A DNA stretch of 64,000 nt from Octopus vulgaris. Its lineage: Eukaryota. Below, piece after piece: positions 42,295 through 54,987 of this stretch. The notes beneath the pieces were generated by a model that searched no databases, was not told where the DNA came from, and saw only the letters and a list, made by a program, of their open reading frames with translations. The first letter of the stretch is position 1; the number at the start of each line of letters is the position of its first letter. The translations under genes and the position numbers were made by a program. The stretch lies in NCBI GenBank assembly GCA_951406725.2, contig OX597820.1, positions 70,122,001-70,186,000 of the forward strand, in the 5' to 3' direction.

Positions 42295-43506
42295 ATTCTT
42301 CATTCTTTCTGGTTTTCTCTACAACCATTCCATTCCACCCTCTCTCTCTTACTCCTCCTCTGTCCCGTCGCTCACCACCGACGAGAAAGCTACTGTCTTT
42401 CTGACCTCGCTTCCCTCGAGTGTAGACGGCTTTCCTGTGTCTCTCTCTGCTGTTCTCAACAAGCGTTCGTAATATTTTCTCTCGTTTGGTTTAACAGCCC
42501 TCATTGTCTGTGTTACTGTTATTCTCCTTGTCCCGTCTTTTACAGTTTATAATTTGTCCTGTCTTTACTGTCTTGTTTTTGTTAAATTTTTTACCCCTCG
42601 GCAAAAAAATCTAAAATTTTATTTAATTTGCTTTTTGCGGGAAGGAATGTTCCGACGAAGTCGTGTCTCGCCTTGACCTTCGAAACGCGGAGTAGATGAA
42701 ACAGAGGCGACTGAAGAAGGGTAATTTTCCTTGTGTTGTATGCCCTGTACTCTATTTTTTCGTTGTTTAAAAAAAATGTCCATTTCCTTGGTTTTGTGTT
42801 TATGTTTTCGTTTCTCATTGTGTTCGACGTTTTTTTGGTGTCCTATATTCATATATGCATGTATATATACATGTAGATGTAGGTACGTACATATATGTAT
42901 GTATTTATGCATATGTTTTATTTATTAATTTGTTATTATATATATATACGACGGACTTCTTTCTGTTTCCCATTACCAAATTTCCCCACATGGCTATGGT
43001 CGGTCCGAGGTTTTATTAGAAGACACTTGCCCAAGGTACCACGCAATGAAACTGAACCCGGAACCATGTCGATGGAAAATGAGCTTCTTAACTCCCTCCC
43101 CCCATATATATATATATCTATATGTATACATTTATGACAGTCCTTCACGCTGTTTCTGTCTACAAAGTTCATTCGCTAGGTATTGGCCCGGACAGGGGCC
43201 ATTGTAGAAGACACTTCCTCAAAGTACAGCATTGTAGAAAAGAACCCGAAACCACATGGCTGCAAAACGAGCTTCGTAATCGCGCACGGTCACGCCTGTA
43301 GACAAATGTTACATATTGAATAATAGGGACCTCGATAAAATCTAATCTGGACTAAACAACAACAACGAGGGCTAGCATGAAAACATTGAACATGATTCCA
43401 AACGATGTCTACTGCATATTTGTATTATCTTTCACAAATAAAGCAGAGGATTGTTTGTTTTCGTTTTGATTTCGTTGGTTTCTTTATACTTTTGTGTTTC
43501 TTTCAG

Positions 43507-43596
43507 TTGATTGGTGGGTTTTTACTGGTCATCACTGAAACTGGAAACCTCATTTACACTTCCAAATACATCAAGCGATACCTGGGATATAACCAG
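43507..43596 (+). CDS. bHLH-PAS (Met-like) gene, PAS-A exon 1 (LIGGFLLVITETGNLIYTSKYIKRYLGYNQ)
   Basis: Acceptor tttctttcag and donor CAG|GTGAGT; 90 nt, phase 0-0. Classic PAS-A start GFLLV....G.LIY.S......LG..Q. Confidence 0.92.
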
Positions 43597-43670
43597 GTGA
43601 GTTATTCTAATTATTACTTTTGGTGTTGTTGTTGTTGTTGTTGTTGTTATCATTATCATCTACCTGATAA

Positions 43671-43726
<56 letters not shown>

Positions 43727-43986
43727 GTTTTGGTTTGGCTCAGGTTTCGTCTTATTCCGGGTAGGGTTTATGTGGGTAGCGTGCCACTATCTGCAACCTT
43801 AGGTAATCAAGTTTTCTGCTGTCTTTCAAGTGCTTGGAACCCTTCTGACAATCCTTGATGTCCCTAAGAGAGAAATTTCTTCTTCTTCTTCTTCTTCTTC
43901 TTCTTCTTCTTCTTCTTCTTCTTCTTCTTCTTCTTCTTCTTCTTCTTCTTCTTCTTCTTCTTCTTCCATCATCATCATCATCATCA

Positions 43987-44060
<74 letters not shown>

Positions 44061-44493
44061 GAGTGAGAGAGCAGTTCATGCCATCAAAGTGACACTGGGG
44101 TAAAATATACGAAGCCCAATATACCCATAATGACTACCTGTCTGATAAAGGTACACCAGGCACATGCATCACAACCATATGTGCGCGACATGGTGATCTC
44201 ATATCAAGATAAACAGCACATGACCTTGCAGGTGGGGCCCAGTTAGAATTTTCTTCAGGTTGAGTAGCCCATCCCGCTCAAACGGTCCCTGAATAAGGGT
44301 TGTTTAAGGATGTTGAAAGAACCACCCATGTTTCCAGAGGTGAACTATTCAAACCCCAAAGAATCCCTCTCAACACATGGCTATGATGCTCCCCCACTAC
44401 TTCTGCTCGTGATCAGAGATGCACATATCGTCAGCCACTAAGGGACATGCTCAACTGGTTAAGGTCAAACAACTGACAAGCAAATCTGTGGTA

Positions 44494-44589
<96 letters not shown>

Positions 44590-44695
44590 CATCATTATTA
44601 TTATTAATATAGAAAGGTTTGAAGTAACTCCTCCTGAAGAATCAAAATTAAAAGAAGAGTGTCATTGTCATCTAGTGAAAGATATTCCGACCTGT

Positions 44696-44736
44696 TGAAC
44701 CTGTTGAAGACACACAAGATGTCGAAATATCGTTCA
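44696..44736 (+). ncRNA. Minimal hammerhead-like motif (A6U core) at the loop of a 54-bp-arm hairpin
   Basis: TGAAC-CTGTTGA-A-GACA-CACAAGA-TGTC-GAAA-TA-TC-GTTCA; hairpin arms 44638-44691 / 44721-44774. Confidence 0.6.
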
Positions 44737-44899
44737 CTAGAGGACAATGACACTCTACTTTTAATTTTGACTCTATTATTATTATCATTATTGAGTTGAG
44801 AGAGCAGTGCATGCCATTAAAGTGACACTGGGGTAAAATATACGAAGCCCAGTATACCCATCATGACTATCCGTCTGATAAGGGTTATTATTATTATTA

Positions 44900-45607
44900 T
44901 TCAGTAGTTTTATTTTTATAGCGTGCTTTCACTTCACTACCGAGCGCAGCTCTGTGTGCCTTGGGTATGTGCTGTGATTTATTGTGATGCTCTGATGTTT
45001 ATTGTATGGAAAGTGTTCTGCGTAGGATGTGTGCAGTGCCTAGTAGTGCAATTTTCTGTATGTTATATGTGTTTGTAAGTCCTGGTGTTTCTGTTATGTA
45101 TTTGTCTGAATATTTTTTTATCATGCCTAATGCACCTACTATGATAGGAATTGTTTCTGTTTTCAGATTCCACATTCTAGTTACCTCTATTTCCAGGTCT
45201 TTGTATTTTGAGAGTTTCTCTATTTCTTTTAGAGACACGTTGTCATCAGCCGGTATTGATACATCAATTAGAAAGCATTTTTTTTCGTCATGGTCTCTGA
45301 CAACTATATCTGGTCTGTTGGCCTTAATTTCTCTATCTGTGTGTATCGGCATATCCCAGAGTATGGTTGCTTTCTCGTTTTCTGTGACCTTTTCTGGTGT
45401 GTGCCTATACCATCTTTTTTCTGTTGTTATTCCATAATGTTGGCATAGCTTCCAATGTATGTAGGTTCCAACTCTGTCATGTCTGTGAATATATTCCTTC
45501 TTAGCCAGGACCGGGCAGCTAGAGATAATATGATTTATTGTTTCTTGTCCATCTCCACATATTCTGCAGTTACTTGTAATATTTCTTTTCATTACATGTT
45601 TTTGGTA

Positions 45608-45610
<3 letters not shown>
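44900..45610 (-). mobile_element. 5'-truncated R4/Dong-like LINE (CCHC zinc knuckle + RLE)
   Basis: ORF 44999-45592(-): CRICGDGQETINHIISSC (CCHC), RHD, RPDIVV, LIDVSIP, EKLSKYKDL; bounded by (TTA)n on both sides. Confidence 0.92.
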
Positions 45611-45690
<80 letters not shown>

Positions 45691-45949
45691 CATCATCATC
45701 ATTATTACTACTACTACTGCTGCTGCTATCATTACTATTATTGCAGTATTGTTAGCTTGCCGGACAAAATGGTTGGCAACAGTTTATCCGTCTTTAAGTC
45801 TTGAGTTCAAATCAGTCCGGTGTCGACCTTGCCATTCATGCTTTCGGGGTCGAAACATGAAGTACCACTGAAACATTGAGGTCGATGTAATCAACTAGTC
45901 CTCTCCCCCCATAGACCCCTTGAGTCTATGTCTGTAGTAGAAAAGATTT

Positions 45950-46045
<96 letters not shown>

Positions 46046-46902
46046 TAAGGCGTTGAGCTGGCAGTATGGTTAGCGCGCCGGGCAAAATGCTTAGCAGTAT
46101 CTCATCCACCCTTATGTTCTATGTTCGGTTTTGTCTTTCATCCTTTCGGGGTCGATAAAATAAGTACCAGTTGAACACTGGTGTGGGTGCAATCGATTAA
46201 TCCCCTCAACCGAAATTGCTGAGTTTGCGCCAAAATTTTATATCATTATCCCTATTATTATCTTCTTCATGTCCCTATATATTACCTCATTGTGTCTCAG
46301 TTTTAGTGAATTTGTCTTCTGCTTTTACCCTACGTGCGGGTTATACAACAACGAACAAATACCATCCAATACCAAACAAATACAAAATCCAGCTGCTTGC
46401 AGCTCATCAGCAAACCAAATGCTAATTCATTACGACCTCTCTTGTAATGGATGCTTAAAACTATCAGGTATCATCAATGGATTTAGAAATGGCACGTCTT
46501 CCCGCTGATTTCAAGTAGGCTTGTAGCGATTTTCAAGCCTACTGTCACTTTGGATAGGATTACTGGCTAATCCTATTCATCACCTTTAATTTGTATGATT
46601 ATGATTCCTACAAATTAACAGTTGCTTAACGCTTTCAACCGCAGACACCCTTGATGCAATTCGTCATAATAAGATTTGTCCGATATTTAAACTAATTTCC
46701 AGTAATCCAACGACATTTATTTAACTGGTATTTACACCCTTCGTAAAAGATTTCTCTCCTGCTTCGAATTGGCTGACAGCACTTCAGCACATGTTAAAGT
46801 ACTTCAATGTGTATGTGTTTCGTAGTCTACTTTTATCACCAAGTCCTGCAACAAACAAAAAATACAGACCTTTACTTCCTCCCAAATGGTCGCACGCACA
46901 CA

Positions 46903-46961
<59 letters not shown>

Positions 46962-47968
46962 ATGTAACAGTAGTAAAATATATGTGTATGTACGTATGTA
47001 TAACTGAATATGTATATATGTGTCGTTTATTTGTTAAATTTTTCGTAACTGTCCTTGGGTTTTGGTTTTTTCTCTTATATTTCCCCCTTCTCGACTTAAC
47101 TTGTCCTCTTTGTCGTTCAGTATAGATAGTTCATCGTCTTCTTTTCGTTTATTTTATTCTTTTTGCAATTTCTCTCATGTTTCTCTTGTTCGTGCTTGAC
47201 TTGCATGTTAGCTCATCTATATCCCAGCAGCTTTCACTGTTTGCACTGCCAAATTGAACAATATTATCAGAGGATGTTGAAATTGTAAGTATCTTTGGTA
47301 GATAACTAATATATAGGTGGTCCTATTAAGTTAGACATGGCCTGGGCGTATACTGGCCGAAGTCCAGTCATCGCTTTGATCGACAGCAAGTCACTAAAGC
47401 CTTTTTTATTCTCTCTGTTTATTTTCTTGTGTTCCTTTCTGTTGAGGAGCGTAGGCTCGAAACGTAAAAGACTTTCTCACCTTCCTGAGCGTTAAACTAA
47501 TACACCTGTTTGTTATTTACACACCTGTCTTCGTCTCTTATCTTTTTTTGTAAACCCCATCTATCTATATATATATATATATATATATATACATAAACAC
47601 ATAAACACACACACACAAAATATGAGGGTTTAGTTCACAGGTGGTCGAAATGATTAGGTACGTTAGGTAAGTGCTGTAACAGATTACTAGGGCTCCAAGA
47701 ATATAACCGAGGTGGTAGTTATGGAGCCATTGCCGATATCCAATATATTGGATATATAATTGTTAAAGAGGACAACAAATGTTAAGGCAAGACAAACATC
47801 TCATAATAATCATAGTAAATTATCATTATCATTGGAAAAAATTCAAAGCCTTGCAGCTGTTTATGAGATGTCGCAGAGTATGGGATATTCTGTCATCGGA
47901 GACACACACACACGCACATATATAAGTAGAAACACACATATATACGCATATATATGTGTGTTATATAA

Positions 47969-48017
<49 letters not shown>

Positions 48018-48453
48018 TGCGTGTGTGTGTGTGTGCGTGTGAGTGTGGGATTAATTATGTATGTAAGTATGAGTGACTATCAAAACACAGCATCCAAACA
48101 TTTGCCGTTCTTTTGCAAACCACTTCTTAAAATAGTAAATATATCAAAGTAAGTATTTCTTGTCCTATAATGAAATACTCCAGCGCATCATACACTGCAA
48201 AAGCCATCAATTTTATCTGAATTGCTCCTACATATACTTATTTTACAGTTTGGACTTTTGCTCAGGATTAACATCGAACGATAAATACAGAAATTACACT
48301 TCGGGGTGATAAAAGACTTGAAACTTTAAAATACTGTTCTGGATCATGTCTCACCACTTTTGTTAACTTCCATATCTTCTGAAAACGTAAACTTTATCAA
48401 TCTCATTCCTTGTTTCTTTATTATGCAAATAAAAGCTTCATTACACTTTACAC

Positions 48454-48596
<143 letters not shown>

Positions 48597-49137
48597 GGTT
48601 TGGCCAAATGTCACCTGACAGTAAATCATAACCATTTAATTATAAGATATATTTATGTTTAACAACTGAATGAATTTGATAAAAGCATCTAAGTGTGAAG
48701 TGGAGGCACATGGCCTAGTGGCTAGAGCTGCGGACTCGCGCTCGAGGCATCGCGGGATCGAATCTCAAATCGGGCGTTGTGTGTTTGTTTATGAGCGAAT
48801 AACCTAAGCTCCACGCGGCTCCGGCAGAAGGCAAAGGTGAACTTCTGCTGACTCTTTCGCCACAACTTTCTCTCACTCTTTCTTCCGGCATCTTGAAGCT
48901 CACCTGCGACGGACCAGCGTTCCTTCCACGTGGGGAACTTATACGCCAAGGAAATCAGGAAACCGGCCCTTATGAGCCAGGCGTGGCTCGAGAATGAACA
49001 AACAATCTAAATGTGAAACATGAAAATTGTTCAAACTGAAGTCCTCGAGCGACACATTTTTCCATTCGAGTCAATACAAAATTACAGATAGTATTTATGG
49101 AATTTTGATTTACTGCTGGGTGACTTTTGACCGACCC

Positions 49138-49193
<56 letters not shown>

Positions 49194-49194
<1 letters not shown>

Positions 49195-49552
49195 TAGCTT
49201 AAGGTGACCCGCTCTACGCGCGGGTAAGAGTGTGGTTGTTACTTTCTGTTGCTTCCTTTCAGCACGTAAAAAGCACCATCCAAACGTGGCCGATTGCAGC
49301 GCCGCCTGGACTGGCTTCTGTGCTGGTGGCACGTAAAAAGCACCAACCGGTCGTGGCCGCTGTCAGACCCCCTGGCACCTGTGCCGGCGGCACGAAAAAA
49401 GCACCCACTACACTCACAGGGTGGTTGGTGTTAGGAAGGGCATCCACCTGTAGAAACACTGCCAGATCAGACTGGAACCTGGTACAGCCTCCTGGCTTCC
49501 TAGACCCCGGTCAAACTGTCCAACCCGTGCTAGCACGGAAAACGGACGTTAA

Positions 49553-49603
<51 letters not shown>

Positions 49604-50410
49604 CTCCCTCTTTGTTTCTCTCTCCTTTCTCTCTCACTTTCCCACTCTCTTACTTTTCTTTTCTCTCAGACTCTCCCTCGCTTTCTCTTACTCTCTATCT
49701 TTATCTATCTGTCTCCCATTTATAAACAACAAAATATCTTGAGTAAGTTGAGAAATAAAATATTTTGAAAGATCAATCATAAATATGAGGCAGTGACAAC
49801 GGAAAGGTCTGCTTCAAGGCAGACAGCAAAACACTAATATTTTAAAGGGACAGACGAACTTGCGAGCTGAATAAAAATAATAAAATATTGGAAACCAAAG
49901 TTTGAAGGGATAGAATCTGAGGATAGTAGAGTCACCATGGCTGGCATTTCTTAACGACTGACAGCAACGTATTGACAGTTTAACGGCTGGCGTAAAATTT
50001 TGAACTTGATGTAAAAGAAAATTCCTAAACACCAAGTTTTAAAGTGATTCTTTCTCACGACAGTAGACTCACCATGGCAAGCATTCAAAACTTCTTCATC
50101 ATGGACGGCAACCCATTGACGATTAAAAGGTTATCGCCAATTTTTTAGCTTGATGGAACAGAGAATTCCTAAACACCCGCTACTTTAAAGTTTAATCCCC
50201 TTCCAGCCCCATTTAGACCCCTTTTCACATTTTGGTTAATATAACCCGATTTCATTCGGGTCTACTGGGGCCACATTTTATAAGATGAGGAATTTTGTCC
50301 TAGAGGTCACGCCTTTCATTTGAGGCAAAAAATAGTTGTCATGCAAACTTGCCAGCACTTTTAACATAGTTGTGCATATTTTCAGCTCAACCTACCACAT
50401 AATGCACACA
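49194..50410 (-). mobile_element. Probable non-autonomous Helitron with a nested repeat and an internal tandem duplication
   Basis: A|CTAG at 49194-49197 beside (TA)n, followed by the GC-rich hairpin ACCCGC-TCTACGC-GCGGGT (49207-49226), i.e. a Helitron 3' end on the minus strand. Internal imperfect duplication of about 135 bp (49926-50032 vs 50063-50178). The right boundary is approximate. Confidence 0.5.
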
Positions 50411-50802
50411 TTATATATATATATGGAAGCACTCCGTCGGTTCCGACGACGAGGGTTCCGGTTGATCCGACCAACGGAACAGCCTGCTCGTGAAATTAAC
50501 GAGTAAGTGGCTGAGCACTCCACAGACACGTGTACCCTTAACGTAGTTCTCGGGGATATTCAGCGTGACACAGGAGTGACAAGGCCGGCCCTATGAAATA
50601 AAGGTACAACAGAAACAGGAAGTAAGAGTGAGAGAAAGTTGTGGTGAAATAGTACAGCAGGGATCACCACCATCCCCTGCCGGAGTCTCGTGGAGCTTTA
50701 GGTGTTTTCGCTCAATAAACACTCACAACGCCCAGTTTGGGAATCGAAACCGCGATCCTACGACCGCGAGTCCGCTGCCCTAACCACTGGGCCATTGCGC
50801 CT

Positions 50803-50872
<70 letters not shown>

Positions 50873-50917
50873 CATAATTAAATCTCAGAATGAGATTGAA
50901 ACAGTAATCGCTCGATA

Positions 50918-51252
50918 ATGTAAAGTATAGAAGCCATCTTATCATGGCTAACCACATTGGGGAGGGGGTGTTACTGTAGCTTTATAGCCCCAAGAGATCT
51001 TCGTCTCTAGCTGGCTTTAGACACAATATCTGTGTCCTTGGAGTATTTGCAAAGGGAGGCCATCCCTTCCTAGTTCGAGCGTATCACTCAGGCTTGCGAG
51101 GAAAGGATGACCTCCCTTTGCAAATACCCCAAGGACACAGATATTGTGTCTAAAGCCAGCTAGAGACGAAGATCTCTTGGGGCTATAAAGCTACAGTAAC
51201 ACCCCCTCCCCAATGTGGTTAGCCATGATAAGATGGCTTCTATACTTTACAT
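50918..51252. repeat. Near-perfect foldback (about 153-bp arms, about 27-nt loop) between (TA)n tracts
   Basis: 50918-51071 is the reverse complement of 51099-51252 with very few mismatches. Confidence 0.92.
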
Positions 51253-51458
51253 ATATATATGTATATATAAGGCGCAGGAGTGGCTGTGTGGTAAGTAGCT
51301 TGCTAACCAACCACATGGTTCTGGGTTCAGTCCCACTGCGTGGCATCTTGGGCAAGTGTCTTCTGCTATAGCCTCGGGCCGACCAATGCCTTGTGAGTGG
51401 ATTTGGTAGACGGAAACGGAAAGAAGCCTGTCGTATATATGTATATATATATGTATTT

Positions 51459-51875
51459 CCATTTTACCATTTTACCATTTTACCATTTTACCAATGTGCT
51501 ATCGGAACACCAACACAAATTAGACTAAACAAGGAAACATTCTTCATTGAAAAATACAAGCCCAAACTTAACCATTCCAACATACTTATACAGAGAAATT
51601 CACTCCAAAAGAAAGGCAAGAAATTTTAAGCGATTATCTCCCTTACACCGGAAGAAATCACTTATTACCTCCCCTTATCTGGAACTCCTCTCAACGTAAA
51701 CATAACGATGTAAGAAATTTGAAAAGCTGAACGCGAAACCGGTCATTTCTTCAAAAACTATGTCATTGTATGAAAAAAATTTATAACATTCTTCAGACAT
51801 ATTGACTTAAATATATATTTTTTAACCTTTTAAAACAAGCCTTCTGTAGTTTTTTCACTTTTTACTATTTTCTAT
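51459..51875 (+). mobile_element. Penelope-like 3' end (GIY-YIG C-terminus + pLTR with hammerhead)
   Basis: ILPFYQC...IRLNKETFFIEKYKPKLN, matching the 27190-27399 peptide type. (CCATTTTA)x4 at the 5' junction; hammerhead motif at 51712-51751; ends in (TA)n. Confidence 0.8.
51712..51751 (+). ncRNA. Minimal type I hammerhead ribozyme, U3-A8 covariant core, GUC cleavage triplet
   Basis: AAGAAAT-TTGAAAA-GC-TGAAC-GC-GAAA-CCGG-TC-ATTTCTT: 7-bp stem I, palindromic ACCGGT stem III. Located about 80 nt after the GIY-YIG stop, in sense. Confidence 0.7.
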
Positions 51876-52188
51876 ATATATATATATATTTAATACTTCA
51901 CTCATGCAATAGTTGATGGCATACAAGACGCAATCTTTTTACAAGAAAAAAGATTTTTTTAATTGGAGTCCTGTATGCGAAACTGGTTCTCCTATAACCT
52001 TTAAATTATTAAAATCATTTTCCCGAATTTGTACTGCTACAATCGGAGCGCGTCTTATAATTTAGAGCGTCTTTTATGTCATTAAATTTGGTTATTTAAG
52101 CATTTGGAAACATTTTAGAATGACAGAGAGTTTGATGGAATTTCTGTATATTACATGAATGTTTCTCTTTTTTATTTTCCTTCTGCAG

Positions 52189-52279
52189 ATTGATGTCATT
52201 GGTCAATCGATGTATAACTTAATTCATCCAGATGATAACCAAGTATTCTCGGAACAATTCCGCATAACTGATGTAAAAG
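52189..52279 (+). CDS. bHLH-PAS (Met-like) gene, PAS-A exon 2 (IDVIGQSMYNLIHPDDNQVFSEQFRITDVK+G)
   Basis: Acceptor ttttccttctgcag; PAS signature G.S.Y..IHPDD. The 3' end is inferred from phase and needs a GC donor at 52280. Confidence 0.88.
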
Positions 52280-52757
52280 GCTTGTACTATATATGAAATA
52301 TATCTTTCGCTGTTCCTTAAATTGTCTTCTCTCTTAGTTTTGATTTAAAAATAAAATGACACCCTATTACCTCGTCTTCTATAATTTCGTATCTTTAATA
52401 CCCCAAATTGTAACATTATTACACAGAAACTAAGGTAGCGAGCTGGCAGAAACGTTAGCACGCCGGGCGAAAAGCGTAGCTGTATTTCGTCTGCCGTTAC
52501 ATTCTGAGTTCAAATTCCGCCGATGTCGACTTTGCCTTTCATCCTTCGGGGTCGATTAAATAAATACCAGTTACGCACTGGGGTCGATATAATCGACTTA
52601 ATCCGTTTGCCTGTCCTTGTTTGTCCTCTCTGTGTCTAGCCCCTTGTGGGTAGTAAAGAAATAGGTATTTTGTCTGCCGCTATGTTCTGAGTTCAAATTC
52701 CGCCGAGGTCGAACTTGCCTTTCATCCTTTCGGGGTCGATTATATAAGTACCAGTTA

Positions 52758-52808
<51 letters not shown>

Positions 52809-53296
52809 GACGGGCCTCTTTCAGTTTCCGTCTACCAAACCACTCAAAAGGCTTCGGCCGGCCCGAGGCTGCAGTAGAAGACATTTACAGAAGGTACCAC
52901 GCAGTAGGACTAAACCTGGAATTATGTGGTTGGGAAGTAGCTTCTTACCACCCACCCACTCGTGTGCCTATGTGGACAAATATACGTGTATGGAGACAAA
53001 TATGAGGGTCTGTAAGTATACATAGACTTACTGTTTTCGGGAACGATAAGTACCAGTTGAATACTGGGGTAGATTTAATCGATTAACTCCCCGCCACCGG
53101 AAATTGCTTACCTTGCACCAAAATTTGAAATCAGTTATGACAGAAATGTTATCCCTGATAGTGACCATTCGGCTGAATATATCTATTTGACTTTACGAGA
53201 TTGATACGATTTCAAACGAATTTTCAATCCCTTATCGGTGTCCAAAATAATTGTTTGTAAAGTAATCACAATATATATATATTTTTTTCTTTTTAG

Positions 53297-53437
53297 ATAT
53301 AGCTCACCTACAAACCCACAAAGAGTTTACGATTCGATTGAACAAGAAAAATAAGTTCCATCCAACATCATACGAAACATTTCATGCCATGGGTCAAATT
53401 AAATATTGTAAAACTGAAAGGAAAATCGAAATGAAAG
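53297..53437 (+). CDS. bHLH-PAS (Met-like) gene, PAS-A exon 3 (D IAHLQTHKEFTIRLNKKNKFHPTSYETFHAMGQIKYCKTERKIEMK+G)
   Basis: Acceptor ttttctttttag and donor AAG|GTAAAT. F.IRL.........YE..H..G matches the C-terminal half of PAS-A. Confidence 0.88.
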
Positions 53438-54848
53438 GTAAATATTTTCAAAACCAGTGTACGAAAATGTGGCAATGTTAAATTAAAATAGGCGAGCTGG
53501 CAGAATCATTAGCACATCGGGCAAAATACTGAGCGGTATTTCGTCCTTTAGGTTCTGCATTCAAATTCCACCGAAGTCAATTTGTGCCTTTCATCATTTT
53601 GGGTTCGATAAAATACGTACCAGCTGAACACTCGAGGGTGTTGAAATTGACTTTCCTCTTTCCTTGAAATTACTGGCCTTGTACCAGAATTTGAAAGCAA
53701 TGAATTGCGTTAAAAACCTTTGGAAGGTAAAACGGTTTAAAAGTACCCGCATCTTCCGTATGTGGATTCAAGTCCAGCAGGTAGTCTTCGATCTTTTAAT
53801 ACCCCAAGGAGTTTTTTAAGCCAATATATTACGTACCATTATTAACCACTTTGAGACTCATCCTAAAAATATTTTCGTGATACGTTTTGTTAAGAAAGCA
53901 GTTCTTTATTTCATATTTAATCAGAAATTTTCTTTGTCATAATTAGTTCTGCGCGTTCATTTTGTTTTGCCCTCATGTCTGGTTTGATTGAGTTGAACAA
54001 TGATCGCAGACAGTCAGTCACTAAGTATCACATGCTTTCCCCTACCCAAAACTATAGTCTGTTCATCTCTTTAAGACAGAGTTATTTTTGGAGAGATTTG
54101 GTTGTTATTTCTTTCAGATCGAGCGACCACATAGAGACCCTCTCCTTGACTCGCCAGCATTTCATTAGATAATTTAACCTTTCTATACTCCATGGTTTTA
54201 TGCAAGGTCAACAGCTCGTGGCTTCTTCGTTCTTTCTGTAGTAGAATCATTGTTCAGCGCGTCTATTTATATTACTATCATAATTATTTATGTATGTATG
54301 TATGTATGTATGTGAAACAAAGAAGCTGAACGAAAATTCAAGGAGTGATAGATAAAATAGTTGGACTGATTTCAGAGTGAGATGATTGAATTTACAGGCA
54401 AAATATAATTACACAGTGCCAGCTTTATGAGTTGTGATTAGTTTACATTGGCAGTATTGCTCTTTAGGATGTAGTAATCGCCATTTATAGCTGATACTGT
54501 GAAATAGATGCTAGGAAATATCATGACTTTAAGTAGATATGTAATGGAAACTATAATAACGAAGTAATTCTTTTATAGAGAATATTGTCCAGTGCGGAAT
54601 TTCAGCAAAATGGAGAAGCGTCTCTCGACGGTAATTAGACGCCATTGTTTAGTAGCACATCCTCCATTCTTTACCGAGATCAAATTATCATTTAACAGTG
54701 AGAAATATGACAGCCAATGTAAATATCAATCATTCATCAATGTAAGTTATGTGAAATTAGTCTTAGTTTTATTATTGACTGTCTAGTATTAGTCACCAAC
54801 TATAATTATTACCATCTTTTTTATTATTATTATCCTTTTTACTGCCAG

Positions 54849-54987
54849 AGGAGACTTGGCTCATTGCCATTCTTAAACCCGTCCTTCAACCTCTTTATAA
54901 GGAAATATCTATATTTGCTGAGACAACGCAGATTCAATACATTAGCAGACACGACTTCAATGGCAGATTTCTTGATATTACATTAAG
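54849..54987 (+). CDS. bHLH-PAS (Met-like) gene, PAS-A end / PAS-B start exon (E ETWLIAILKPVLQPLYKEISIFAETTQIQYISRHDFNGRFLDITL+AG)
   Basis: Acceptor ccttttttactgccag and donor AAG|GTAGGT; phase 1 in. Y.SRH...GRF is the PAS-B start (compare Met EY.TRHL.DGRI and Clock EFTSRHSLEWKF). Confidence 0.88.

Noticed and set aside
42645-42695. CCGACGA...CGAAACGCG hammerhead-like motif
   Set aside because: Stem I and the NUH site cannot be assigned convincingly; too degenerate to call.
47231-47284. Possible cassette/poison exon (cccagcag acceptor, ATT|GTAAGT donor) in intron 4
   Set aside because: Has an in-frame stop in phase 0, and the flanking exons already join into a contiguous PAS-A. No support without RNA data.
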